From assembly GCF_026626665.1 (NCBI RefSeq), contig NZ_JAPNKE010000002.1, forward strand, positions 3,757,168 to 3,821,167: a DNA stretch of 64,000 nucleotides, read 5' to 3'. The notes beneath the pieces were generated by a model, which saw only the letters and a program-made list of their open reading frames with translations, was not told the DNA's origin and did not search any database. Position 1 is the stretch's first letter; each line of letters starts with the position of its first letter. A program made the position numbers and the translations under genes. Positions 22,586 to 32,005 of the stretch are shown piece after piece. The DNA comes from Nannocystis pusilla. GTDB taxonomy: Bacteria; Myxococcota_A; Polyangia; Nannocystales; Nannocystaceae.

Positions 22586-23116
22586 GAATCCTCCGACCGC
22601 TGGCGCCTCCGCGCGCGACCCGACGCCTCGAAGCATCGAAAGCGCCGCGCACGACCCTTCCCCGTGTACCGCGAACCCCGCCTCAATGTCCAGCTCGCTG
22701 CACGGGCTGCGCTGGATTGCGCCGCGTCTTCGTCGGCCTCTTCAATTGGCGGGACCCGTCGACGCGGGCCGCGGGACGTCCCCCGATGAGGCGGCCGGGC
22801 CGCCCCGCGGTCGCTTCGTTGGCGCTTGCGGAGCGACTTCGCCGCGAAGCTTCACCCGACGGGCGAATCTCGCCTCGGAACGCGTTCTATCGCCGCTGCC
22901 GGCGCCGCGTGGTCGGGTGTGCCGAAGCGGCGCACCCGCCGCCGCCGCGGACCGGCGCCCGCACCGGCGCGACCCATCGTGCCGCGAATGAACAATGACT
23001 CATGGAAGTCGCTCGCACCACAATCATGAGGCGTCCGCGCCGCCGGCGAACCCACGATTCGCCGGTCCCGCCATTTCGCTCCGCCGCGAATCATCGCTGG
23101 CGCGATCGTCCGCCCG

Positions 23117-24160
23117 CTACGTCGCCAGCCCTGCCTCGCGCACCAGCAGCGCCACCAGCTCCTCCGCCGGCAGCGCCCGACCCATCGGCGCGCCCTGCCC
23201 GGCCCACAGCTGCATGAGGTCGGCCCGCCCCTGCGCCGCCGCGGCCGCGCGGACGTCCCGGGTGAGGCCTTGCTGCTGCGGGAACGGGGCCGCCTCGACC
23301 GCCGCGAACGCCTCGCTGAAGCGATTGCGAACGCCTCGCGCCGGCCGGCCGCTGAACGCCCGCGTCACCACCGTGCGCCACGCCGTCGCCAGCGCGGCGC
23401 GGTGCGCCTCGCTCGTGCCGGCTTCGGGGCAGGTCATGAACGCGGTGCCGAGCTGCACCCCCGCCGCGCCGATGTCGAGCATCGCCCGGATCGCGCGACC
23501 CTCCATGATCCCGCCGGCCGCGATCACCGGCACCTGCACGCGCGCCGCGATCTGGGGCACCAGAGTGATGGTCCCGACCAGCCCGTCCTCGAACGCGCCG
23601 AGGAAGGTCCCGCGATGCCCGCCCGCCTCGGCCCCCTGCGCACACACGGCGTCGACCCCGAGCGCCGCCAGCACCACCGCCTCCTCGACCGTCGTCGCCG
23701 TCCCGATCACCGCGATCGAGCGCGCGTGCAGGGCCTCGATCTGGGCCCGCGTCGGCGCCCCGAACGTGAAGCTGAACACCGCCGGCCGGATCTGCAGCAC
23801 CGCCTCGAGCTGCGCCTCGAACTCCGGCGCCGCGCGGCCGGGCGGCGCCGGCGAGGGCAAGCCGAGCTCGCGGCGGAACTCGGCCAGGACGGGCGACACG
23901 CGCGCCGTCGCCGCCGGATCGTCGGGCGCGTCGGCGCGGACGAACAGGTTGAGCGCGAACGGCTGCGACGTCAGCGAGCGCAACTTCGCCGCCGTCGCCT
24001 CGATCTCCTGCGGCATCATGTAAGCGCAGCCCAGCGAGCCCAGCCCGCCCGCGTTCGACACCGCGGCCGCGAGCGCGGGCGTGTCGGGCCCGCCCGCCAT
24101 CGGCGCCTGTACGATCGGCCATCTCGTCGGCAACGCGGGCGTCGTTCGTCGGTCGGTCAT
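23117..24160 (-). CDS. nitronate monooxygenase (NMO/2-nitropropane dioxygenase family)
   Basis: WPIVQAPMAGG is the FMN-binding N-terminal motif, ...GAEAGGHRG... the active-site region, and AGGIMEGRAIRAMLDIGAAGVQLGTAF the C-terminal barrel. Confidence 0.85.
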   Translation of the reverse strand: MTDRRTTPALPTRWPIVQAPMAGGPDTPALAAAVSNAGGLGSLGCAYMMPQEIEATAAKLRSLTSQPFALNLFVRADAPDDPAATARVSPVLAEFRRELGLPSPAPPGRAAPEFEAQLEAVLQIRPAVFSFTFGAPTRAQIEALHARSIAVIGTATTVEEAVVLAALGVDAVCAQGAEAGGHRGTFLGAFEDGLVGTITLVPQIAARVQVPVIAAGGIMEGRAIRAMLDIGAAGVQLGTAFMTCPEAGTSEAHRAALATAWRTVVTRAFSGRPARGVRNRFSEAFAAVEAAPFPQQQGLTRDVRAAAAAQGRADLMQLWAGQGAPMGRALPAEELVALLVREAGLAT

Positions 24161-24271
24161 CGCCGACGAGCATGCATCACCCTCGGGCGTCCGCCCACGA
24201 CGAACTCTTCCGTCTTCTTCGTGACCCGTGCGATTCGGGCCTGCGGCCGTCGCATCGCGTAAGGTGAGCCC

Positions 24272-25270
24272 GTGGTCCCGTTCTCCGTCCTCGACCTCGC
24301 ACCGATCGCCCAGGGCACCGACGCCGGCACGGCCCTGCGCAGCACGCTCGAACTCGCCCGGCACGCCGAGAAGCTCGGCTTTCACCGCTTCTGGCTGGCC
24401 GAGCACCACAACATGCCGGGCATCGCCAGCGCCGCGACCGCCGTCGTCATCGCCCACGTCGCCGGCGGCACCAGCAAGATCCGCGTCGGCGCCGGCGGCA
24501 TCATGTTGCCCAACCACGCGCCGCTCGTCATCGCCGAGCAGTTCGGCACCCTCGACGCATTGTTCCCCGGCCGCATCGACCTCGGCCTCGGCCGCGCCCC
24601 CGGCACCGACATGCGGACCACCCGCGCCTTGCGGCGCAACCTCGCCGGCGACGTCGACAACTTCCCCGAAGACGTCGGCGAGCTGCTCGGCTACTTCCGC
24701 CCGGTCGCGCCCGGTCAGGCCGTCCAGGCGGTCCCGGGGGCCGGCGCCGACATCGAGGTGTGGCTGCTCGGCTCGAGCCTCTACGGGGCCCAGCTCGCCG
24801 GCATGCTCGGCCTGCCGTACGCCTTCGCCTCGCACTTCGCCCCGGCGGCGCTGATGCGGGCCATCGAAGTCTATCGCCATCACTTCCGCCCGAGCGAGCG
24901 GCTCGACCGGCCGCACCTCATGGTCGCCGCCAACGTCATCGCCGCCGACACCGACGCCGAGGCGCGGCGCTTGCTCAGCTCGCTGCAGCAGATGTTCGTC
25001 TCGCTGCGGACCGGTCGGCCCGGTCTGTTGCCGCCGCCGATCGAGGGCTACGACGCCCGCCTGGCCCCGCACGAGCGCGCGATCCTCGACGAGGTCCTGT
25101 CGTGCTCGTTCATCGGCGCGCCCGACACGGTCCACGCCGGCCTGCAGGGCTTCTTGGCCCGCACCGGCGCCGATGAGCTCATCATCACCGCGCAGATCTT
25201 CGACCCGGCCGCCCGCCTGCGCTCCTACGAGATCGCCGCCGACGTCCGCGACCGCCTCCACCATTGGTAG
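24272..25270 (+). CDS. LLM-class (luciferase-like) flavin-dependent oxidoreductase
   Basis: [11 protein letters not shown] and [12 protein letters not shown] are signature LLM motifs. The track ORF uses a GTG start. Confidence 0.85.
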   Translation: MVPFSVLDLAPIAQGTDAGTALRSTLELARHAEKLGFHRFWLAEHHNMPGIASAATAVVIAHVAGGTSKIRVGAGGIMLPNHAPLVIAEQFGTLDALFPGRIDLGLGRAPGTDMRTTRALRRNLAGDVDNFPEDVGELLGYFRPVAPGQAVQAVPGAGADIEVWLLGSSLYGAQLAGMLGLPYAFASHFAPAALMRAIEVYRHHFRPSERLDRPHLMVAANVIAADTDAEARRLLSSLQQMFVSLRTGRPGLLPPPIEGYDARLAPHERAILDEVLSCSFIGAPDTVHAGLQGFLARTGADELIITAQIFDPAARLRSYEIAADVRDRLHHW

Positions 25271-25322
25271 ATCCTACTTTCCTTTCCGCATGAGGCGGAG
25301 AAGTTGGGCAAGACCCCCGTTC

Positions 25323-25355
25323 AAACCGTGCATGCGAATTTCCCGCACACGGCTT
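25323..25355 (-). other. group II intron domain V (catalytic hairpin)
   Basis: The minus-strand RNA AAGCCGUGUGCGG-GAAA-UUCGCAUGCACGGUUU is a 34-nt hairpin with the AGC triad and a GNRA-like loop. Confidence 0.8.
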
Positions 25356-25380
25356 ACCGGTGGTCTCTCGGGCCGTCGCA

Positions 25381-26730
25381 TTACGCGGCCTCCGGGTACT
25401 GCACGGTCCCACGTAGTCGGTGGAGCCCGTGGTCATGGAAGAAGTCGCTTGTCCAACCTTCGACGTCGTTGGCTCGCAGGTGTCGGCCATGGCGCCGCAC
25501 CATGAAGTGCGTGAGCCGGCGCCATACGTACGTGTCGATCTGATTGAATTTCGCGGCGGCGTTCCCGGTGCGGAAGTAGTTACCCCAGCCGTGCAGCACG
25601 GGGTTGATGTCGCGGATGAGCACCCGGACATCTTTGACCCCGTTGCGGTTCGAGCCAGTTAGCTCCTTCACGCGGTGCCGAACCCGCGTCATGCTGCGCT
25701 GCGAAGGCCAGCGCTGGAGGAAGTACACCCTGCGATGCTCCTTCTCCCAGATCGGCCCGGACATGCGCTTGCGCAGGTGACAGCCGAGGAAGTCGAAGCC
25801 TTGCCGTCCCCGGCTCAGCTCGACGCGCCTCGTCTTTTCGGGATGCAGCTCCAGCTTGAGCCGTCGCAGGATCTCGCGGACCCTGACCTCGGCCTCCTCG
25901 CACGCCTTCGCGGTCCTGCACAGGATCACGAAGTCGTCGCAGTAGCGCACAAGCTCGCCCAGGTGGGCGTGTCGTCGCTGCCACAGCTTGTCGAGGACGC
26001 CGAGGTAGATGTTCGACAGCAGCGGTGAGATGACGCCGCCCTGGGGTGTCCCCGAGAGCATCGCCGTCACTTCGCTGTCCTCCATCACACCGGCTTCGAG
26101 CCACTGCCGCACCAGCTTGAGGACCCTGCGATCCGAGATTCGCATCGCCACGAGCTTCATCAGTCGCTCGTGATCGATGCTGCCGAAGTAGTCGCGGATG
26201 TCGGCGTCGAGCACGTGGTTCCCACCGCGCGCTCCCAGCACGCGCAAGCGCTCGAGCGCCTGCGTCGCACTGCGCTTCGGCCGGAAGCCGTACGAGCACG
26301 GAAGGAAGTCCGCCTCGAATATCGGCTCCAGCACCAGCTTCGCCGCCATCTGCACCACTCGGTCCCGGACTGTCGGGATCCCCAGCGGCCGCTTCTTCCC
26401 GTCCGCCTTCGGGATGTACCGCCGCATGACCGCGCTCGGCCGGTACGTCCCGCCCTTGAGTTCGTCGGCGATCTCTTCGAGGAAGCGATCGACGCCGTAC
26501 TCCTCCACCTCGGCCAGCGTCTGTCTGTCGACGCCCGCCGAGCCCCTGTTCCTCTTCACCCGCCTCCATGCTTCCCTCAGGACGTCACGCCTGAAGATGC
26601 GGTCGTACAGCGCATGGAAGCGGCGACCCGGATGCCGCTTGGCCGCGGCCCACAGTCGGCGTCGAAGTTCTCGCACTTTGTCACGCGGCCTGCGCCGCGT
26701 GGGGTTGTTGGGACCTGTCCTGCAGGCCAT
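25381..26730 (-). CDS. group II intron-encoded reverse transcriptase/maturase
   Basis: RT domains 0-7 are present (RRLW...GVD..., PLGIPTVRDRVVQ, YCDDFVIL = YxDD). The maturase/X domain reads FLGCHL...WGNYFR. An alternative upstream ATG lies at 26808. Confidence 0.9.
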   Translation of the reverse strand: MACRTGPNNPTRRRPRDKVRELRRRLWAAAKRHPGRRFHALYDRIFRRDVLREAWRRVKRNRGSAGVDRQTLAEVEEYGVDRFLEEIADELKGGTYRPSAVMRRYIPKADGKKRPLGIPTVRDRVVQMAAKLVLEPIFEADFLPCSYGFRPKRSATQALERLRVLGARGGNHVLDADIRDYFGSIDHERLMKLVAMRISDRRVLKLVRQWLEAGVMEDSEVTAMLSGTPQGGVISPLLSNIYLGVLDKLWQRRHAHLGELVRYCDDFVILCRTAKACEEAEVRVREILRRLKLELHPEKTRRVELSRGRQGFDFLGCHLRKRMSGPIWEKEHRRVYFLQRWPSQRSMTRVRHRVKELTGSNRNGVKDVRVLIRDINPVLHGWGNYFRTGNAAAKFNQIDTYVWRRLTHFMVRRHGRHLRANDVEGWTSDFFHDHGLHRLRGTVQYPEAA

Positions 26731-27299
26731 GCCCTCGCGCTTACCTTCTTCTCCGACACGACCACCCCAGGGGCCCTTCCCTCCGGCGGCGTTGTTCTGC
26801 GCCGCCATCGCCGGTACTACGACCCCCTCGGACTCCCGCTGCACAGCGCTCGACTTCGCCTTCGGCTTATACGAGTCGCCTCGCCCCGACACGGGCCGTG
26901 CAGACGGGCCTCTCCTGTTCCGCATCGCTCCTTGAACGCGTGCTGCGCCCCGTACCCCGGGAGGACCCACCGCGCTTTCTGATCCGGATGACTGCGCGGT
27001 GGACGTGGCCTTCGCCGTGACATGAGCGGCTCGGCTCCTCCATTGTTTCTCTGTCGAGGCTGCAGGCTTCACTTCATGTTGCGGCCCGCGTTCTTGCTCC
27101 CTCCGTAGAGGCTTTTGACGCCCCGCTCGGGCCGCGAGAATCTCTCCTCGCGCCTGGGGCCTGCTACCGGGCGCTCCGGCGCCTACCCGGGCGGGACTCT
27201 CACCCGCTGGAACGGTGCAGCATGACGCGGCCGAGCCGCCCCCTTCGGGGTCCTGCTCGCCCTCGTCTTCAGGACGCACCACGCCGCCAGGTGATCCAC

Positions 27300-28046
27300 A
27301 TGTCCACCGCCAACGTCGCCGCCGATCACTACGAGCTGTACTACTGGCCGGGCATCCCCGGCCGCGGCGAGTTCGTGCGCCTCGTGTGCGAGGACGCCGG
27401 CGCCCCCTACCTCGACGTCGCCCGTCGGCCCGCCTCCGAGGGCGGCGGCGAGGCGGCGGTGGTCCGCGCGCTCGAGTCGCTGCCTGGCCTGCCCGCCTTC
27501 GCCCCGCCGCTCCTCCGCGCCGGCGAGCTGGTGATCGCCCAGACCGCCAACATCTGCGGCTTCCTCGGCGATCGCCACGACCTGTCCCCGGGGACAGAAG
27601 GCGGCCGCGCCGAGGCCATGCAGCTGCAGCTCACCGTCTCCGACCTCGTCGCCGAGGTCCACGACACGCACCACCCGATCTCCACCGCCCAGTACTACGA
27701 GGAGCAGCGCGACGCCGCCGCGCTGCGGTCCGCCGCCTTCCGCGACCAGCGGCTGCCCAAGTTCCTCGCCTACTTCGAGCGCGTCCTGCAGCGCAGCGGC
27801 GGCCCCTGGCTGCTCGGCGACGCCTGCAGCCACGCCGACCTGTCGCTGCTGCAGGCCCTGCTCGGCCTCGAGTACGCGTTCCCCCGCGCGTTCGCCCGCC
27901 AGGCCCGCCGCGTCCCCGAGCTGCTGCGCCTGCGCGACCGCGTCGCCGAGCGCCCGCGGATCGCCGCCTACCTGGCCTCGCCGCGCCGGCTGGCCTTCAA
28001 CGAGAACGGCATCTTCCGCCGCTACCCCGAGCTCGACCCGGCCTGA
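27300..28046 (+). CDS. glutathione S-transferase family protein
   Basis: MSTANVAADHYELYYWPGIPGRGEFVRLV is a GST N-terminal thioredoxin-like fold. Length ~248 aa. Confidence 0.8.
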   Translation: MSTANVAADHYELYYWPGIPGRGEFVRLVCEDAGAPYLDVARRPASEGGGEAAVVRALESLPGLPAFAPPLLRAGELVIAQTANICGFLGDRHDLSPGTEGGRAEAMQLQLTVSDLVAEVHDTHHPISTAQYYEEQRDAAALRSAAFRDQRLPKFLAYFERVLQRSGGPWLLGDACSHADLSLLQALLGLEYAFPRAFARQARRVPELLRLRDRVAERPRIAAYLASPRRLAFNENGIFRRYPELDPA

Positions 28047-28062
28047 ACGCAGTCGGCTCGCG

Positions 28063-28101
28063 TGCATGTTCTTGAGGACATGTCCTGAGAGACATGTCCA
28101 T
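28063..28101. repeat. GGACATGTCC motif x3 (GCATGTTCTTGAGGACATGTCCTGAGAGACATGTCCATCG) between convergent genes
   Basis: Read directly from the sequence. The palindromic copies can pair as hairpins. Confidence 0.8.
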
Positions 28102-28126
28102 CGATCCGAGCGTCCCGCCGCGCTCG

Positions 28127-28849
28127 CTACGCCCCGATCCCGCAGCACGACAGCGCCTTGGCCTCGAGCTGCTCGAAGGAGTCGCAGATCGGCTCCGACG
28201 CGCACTCGCCGAACTTGACGTCGTCCTCGAAGCACTCGCAGGCCGCCTCGGTGCAGCGCATCGTCAGCGTCGGCTCGCCGGCGCACTCGCGCGACCACTC
28301 GCACATCGACCCGCTGCCGCCGCCGCCGATCGAGCACGAGTTGCCGAAGCCGCACACGTCCTCCTGGGCGATGGCCTCGTCGGTGCAGGGCCCCTCCTTG
28401 CCCTGCTCCATGTCGTCGATCTGCTGGCACGTCAGGCCCGCCTGACAGTCCATCGTCGCCGTCGCGGCCGCCTGGCACTCGCCCTCGAGCTCGGCCAGGT
28501 CCGCCTCACAATCCTCCGGACAGGTCATCGCCTCTTCGGGCGTGAGGCCGACGCACTTGGCCAGCATCACGCAGTACTTCTGACAGGTCGTCGCCGGTGG
28601 CTCGCCGGCGCTCGTGCTGGTCTCGCCGGGGTCCGTCGACTCGGACTCGCCGGTGGTCGCCGGCGTCGTCGGTGACATCGTCGTGGTCGGCTCCGTGGCG
28701 CCGTCGGTCGACGTCCCCGACTCGGTCGCCGACGCAGTGTCGCCGCCGCTCGTCGACGGCTCCGTGGCGCCGTCGGTGTCGTTCTTCTCGCCGGGACAGG
28801 CCCCGAGCAGCAGGGCCGTGAGGATGAGTCCGTGTCTGTGATGAAGCAT
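28127..28849 (-). CDS. lipoprotein with Thr-rich linker and Cys-rich domain
   Basis: MLHHRHGLILTALLLGACPG has a lipobox, followed by a T/E/S-rich linker. The C-terminal domain has ~20 Cys. Confidence 0.65.
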   Translation of the reverse strand: MLHHRHGLILTALLLGACPGEKNDTDGATEPSTSGGDTASATESGTSTDGATEPTTTMSPTTPATTGESESTDPGETSTSAGEPPATTCQKYCVMLAKCVGLTPEEAMTCPEDCEADLAELEGECQAAATATMDCQAGLTCQQIDDMEQGKEGPCTDEAIAQEDVCGFGNSCSIGGGGSGSMCEWSRECAGEPTLTMRCTEAACECFEDDVKFGECASEPICDSFEQLEAKALSCCGIGA

Positions 28850-29008
28850 GTCGGTTCTCGCTGGCCCGCGGCCTGGCAACCCGGCGCGCGGCGACCCCCG
28901 AAACCGCGCGCCCCCGCAGGCCATTCCTGTGGGTCCGATCGGCGTCGGGTCGGAACTGCTCGCGCCCCTTCACCCTCGCAGTGGCCGTACATCGGTTATT
29001 CTGTCGCC

Positions 29009-29974
29009 ATGGTCTGGGGCGGAGCCACGTTCGACGCCATCGCGCGCCTGAAGCGGGAGCAGAGCGCCCTCGCCAGCAAGCGCAGCTCGATCCGCCCGCA
29101 CGCACTGGGCGCGAGTCCGAAGAAGGAATCGTTCGACTGCATGTTCCTGTGCGACGTCTGCGGTTACCTCAGCGACACCGATCCGCCCTGTCCCTCGTGC
29201 GGTCGCCAGGCCTGGATCGACCTCGACTATTGGGGCCTCGCGGAGGCGCTGCGCGCCCGTGAAGAGGAGGAGCGGCGACACCCGCCCGATCGCCTGAAGT
29301 GGCAGATCCGGCTCGCCTCCCTGGCCGCCGGCGCGGCGATCGGCGTCGGCTGTGCCGCCGGCCTCGCGCTCGCCGGCGTCGCCGCGCTCGGCTGGCCCTC
29401 GCTGCTCGGTCTGGGCGGCGGCGCCACGGCGCTCACCCACCGCCTCGGCCGGCGCCGGATCGGTCGCAGCTTGATGCTCCGCGGAGGCGCTCGCCCGACC
29501 CGCTGGCACATGCCGCTGCCGCTGGTCGCCGAGGACGCCGTCGTCGCCGCGCGCGTCGTCGGCCAGCCGCAGCCGCGCGGCGCCCTGCTCACCGCCCCGT
29601 TCTCCGGCCGCCCCTGCCTCGGCTACGAGCTCGGCGTCCTGTTCGACGCGCCCGGCGACGCCTGGCCGCCGATCTGGGTCCTCCGCGAGATGCGTTCGTG
29701 CGCCTTCGACGTCCACGACCGCCACGTCGAGGCCGACGCCGTCACCCTCGCCCTGCCCATCACCCCTGTCGCCCTGCCGTTCATGACCGAGAGCGCCCGC
29801 CAGCGGTTCCTCCGCCAGCGCGGCCTCTTCCTCCTCGACGGCCGCTTCGACCTGTTCGAGGCCATCCTCGAGCCCGGCGCAGTGTACGAGCTGCAGTGGG
29901 CCTCGGCGCCGCAGGGCGCCCCTCCCGTCATTCACGCCACCAGCGGCATCCTGCCGCGCGGCGCCTACCGCTGA
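29009..29974 (+). CDS. hypothetical membrane protein with N-terminal zinc ribbon (CDVCGY...CPSCG)
   Basis: ATG is codon 60 of track ORF 28832..29974. Two predicted TM helices (AAGAAIGVGCAAGLALAGVAALGW) are followed by a soluble C-terminal domain. Confidence 0.45.
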   Translation: MVWGGATFDAIARLKREQSALASKRSSIRPHALGASPKKESFDCMFLCDVCGYLSDTDPPCPSCGRQAWIDLDYWGLAEALRAREEEERRHPPDRLKWQIRLASLAAGAAIGVGCAAGLALAGVAALGWPSLLGLGGGATALTHRLGRRRIGRSLMLRGGARPTRWHMPLPLVAEDAVVAARVVGQPQPRGALLTAPFSGRPCLGYELGVLFDAPGDAWPPIWVLREMRSCAFDVHDRHVEADAVTLALPITPVALPFMTESARQRFLRQRGLFLLDGRFDLFEAILEPGAVYELQWASAPQGAPPVIHATSGILPRGAYR

Positions 29975-30157
29975 GGCGCAGCGCTGCGACATGTCTTCAC
30001 GGACATGTCCCATTCGCCATATCACGGCCCGCGCGCGCGGCTGATGAATCGCCACCGACCCGCGAGCGCGTCGTCTCCGCGACCGCGAACACCGGTCCGC
30101 CCGCCGACTGCACCTCGCTTTCTCCCACCCCGCTCCGCCTCGTATCATTCGCGGCGC

Positions 30158-31270
30158 ATGACCACCCGCCGGCGCTTCCTCGCGCTCACCGCCGCCCTCC
30201 CGGCAGCAGCTTGCAGACCGCGAGCCACGGCCGCCCCGCCCGAGGAGCCGCCTCGCCCGCCCGAGCCTCCCCCGCGCCCGCTGTCCATGCTGGTCTTCGG
30301 CGGCACCGGCTTCATCGGCCCGCACCTCGTGCGCCACGCCGTCGCCCGCGGCCACAGCGTCACGATCTTCACCCGCGGCCGGCGCAAGGTCGACCTGCCC
30401 GACAGCGTCGAGCGGCTGCTCGGCGACCGCGACGGTCAGCTCGGCGTCCTCGAAGGCCGGCGCTGGGACGTCGTCGTCGACGACTCCGCGACCCGCCCCG
30501 AGTGGGTCCAGCAATCGACGCAGTTATTGAAGGACCAGGTCGGCCGCTATCTCTACACCTCCTCGACCGGCGTCTACTACCCCTATTTGAAGCCCGGCGC
30601 CGACGAGACCTGGCCGGTGCGCACCGAGGTCACCGATCCCGAGGACGGCTCCGAGGCCTACGGCGTGGCCAAGGCCCGCTGCGAGCGCGAGGTCCTGCAG
30701 ACCTTCGGCGAGCGCGGCCTCGTCGTCCGGCCGACCTACATCGTCGGCCCCGGCGATACCACCGACAGGTTCCCCTACTGGCCCGTCCGCCTGCAGCGCG
30801 GCGGTGACGTGCTCGCCCCCGGGCGCAAGGGCGACCCGGTCCAGCTCATCGACGTCCGCGACCTCGCCGAGTTCATGCTGCGGCTGCTCGAGGACGGCCG
30901 CAGCGGCATCTACAACGCGGTCGGCCCGCGCGAGCCGATCACCATGCCGCAATTCCTCGAGGCCGCGCGGGCCGCGGTCAACCCCGAGGCGCGCCTGGTA
31001 TGGGTCGACGACTACGCCTTCCTCGAGGCCCACGGCATCAGCGATGCTGTCCCATGGGTCATGTTGAAGGGCAACGACCTCGGCCACATGTCGACGCGCA
31101 ACGCCAGGGCAGTCGCCGCCGGCCTGCGGTTCCGCCCGCTGGCCGACACGGTGCGCGACACCCTCGCCTGGTGGCCCACCGTCCCCGCCGAGCGGCGCGA
31201 CGCGGCGCAGTTCGCCATCACCCCCGAGCAGGAGGCGAAGGCGCTGGCCGACTGGCGCGCGCGGAGCTGA
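30158..31270 (+). CDS. Tat-secreted NAD(P)-dependent epimerase/dehydratase family protein
   Basis: Twin-arginine signal MTTRRRFLALTAALPAAA, then a Rossmann motif VFGGTGFIGPHLV. Confidence 0.8.
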   Translation: MTTRRRFLALTAALPAAACRPRATAAPPEEPPRPPEPPPRPLSMLVFGGTGFIGPHLVRHAVARGHSVTIFTRGRRKVDLPDSVERLLGDRDGQLGVLEGRRWDVVVDDSATRPEWVQQSTQLLKDQVGRYLYTSSTGVYYPYLKPGADETWPVRTEVTDPEDGSEAYGVAKARCEREVLQTFGERGLVVRPTYIVGPGDTTDRFPYWPVRLQRGGDVLAPGRKGDPVQLIDVRDLAEFMLRLLEDGRSGIYNAVGPREPITMPQFLEAARAAVNPEARLVWVDDYAFLEAHGISDAVPWVMLKGNDLGHMSTRNARAVAAGLRFRPLADTVRDTLAWWPTVPAERRDAAQFAITPEQEAKALADWRARS

Positions 31271-31297
31271 CCGCCCGCGGCGCCTCCGCCTCGGGGT

Positions 31298-31930
31298 TCA
31301 GGTCGGCCGCCGGCGCGGCGCTCCGGACATGTCCTTCAGGCCAGGTTCATCCCGCGGCACCAGCGCGACGCGCACCAGCTGCAGCTCGCCGCGGTGCGCC
31401 GCGAGGAAGCGGACCAGGCGGTCGAAGCGGCGGTGATCGCCGCCCTGCCGCGACCACGGCACGTCGACCCGCAGCGTCGCCGGCCCCGTCCACGCCAGCC
31501 GCGCGTCGGGCTCGACCAATCGCACCGCCGCCACCGCGAGCTCGCTCGGCTGGCGCAGCACCAGCTCGACCTTGCCGAACCACACCGCCCCGTGCAGCAG
31601 CCACGGCTTCAGATCGCCGACCGGCACGGGATAGCGGGCGATCCGGCGCCGCAGCCAGACGTCGGCCGCGACCTCGCGGGCGACCGCGCTGCGGGCCAGC
31701 GCGACCACGTTCCACAGCAGGAACGCCGCGAACAGCTGCGGCACCATGGCCACGCCGAACACGACCGCGGTGAACACCCCCGCCACGCGCGCGGCGCCCC
31801 AGAACTCGTGCGGCGGCCCAGGCTCGGCCCAGGCCGGCAGCCCCTCCCGCAGCGCCCGCTCGAGCGCGGTCTCGACGAAGCTGCGATACGGCTCGCGGGC
31901 GACGGGGGGCTGTCCTTCGAGCGCACGCAT
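31298..31930 (-). CDS. hypothetical protein
   Basis: Track ORF with good GC3 and internal TM-like segments. The C-terminal tail overlaps a GGACATGTCC motif, so the true stop may be earlier. Confidence 0.4.
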   Translation of the reverse strand: MRALEGQPPVAREPYRSFVETALERALREGLPAWAEPGPPHEFWGAARVAGVFTAVVFGVAMVPQLFAAFLLWNVVALARSAVAREVAADVWLRRRIARYPVPVGDLKPWLLHGAVWFGKVELVLRQPSELAVAAVRLVEPDARLAWTGPATLRVDVPWSRQGGDHRRFDRLVRFLAAHRGELQLVRVALVPRDEPGLKDMSGAPRRRPT

Positions 31931-32005
31931 CGAGCCGCTCCAAGGCTAGCAGCCACCCCCGGGCCGCGCACGCGCGCCGAAGCGAGGCGCGGCCGGAGCG
32001 GCCGG

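Larger units (their letters stand above)
25270..27279 (-). mobile_element. group II intron (~2.0 kb), intergenic insertion between LLM oxidoreductase and GST genes
   Basis: The 5' end GTGCG (RC of CGCAC at ~27275-27279) lies ~550 nt upstream of the IEP ORF in domain IV. A canonical domain V sits at 25323..25355. A domain-VI-like hairpin and a 3' ...AC follow near 25270. Confidence 0.75.

Noticed and set aside
28063-28101. Resemblance of GGACATGTCC to the eukaryotic p53 response element (RRRCWWGYYY)
   Set aside because: This is a coincidence of a short palindrome. The organism is bacterial by gene content, GC and operon structure, so no biological link is implied.
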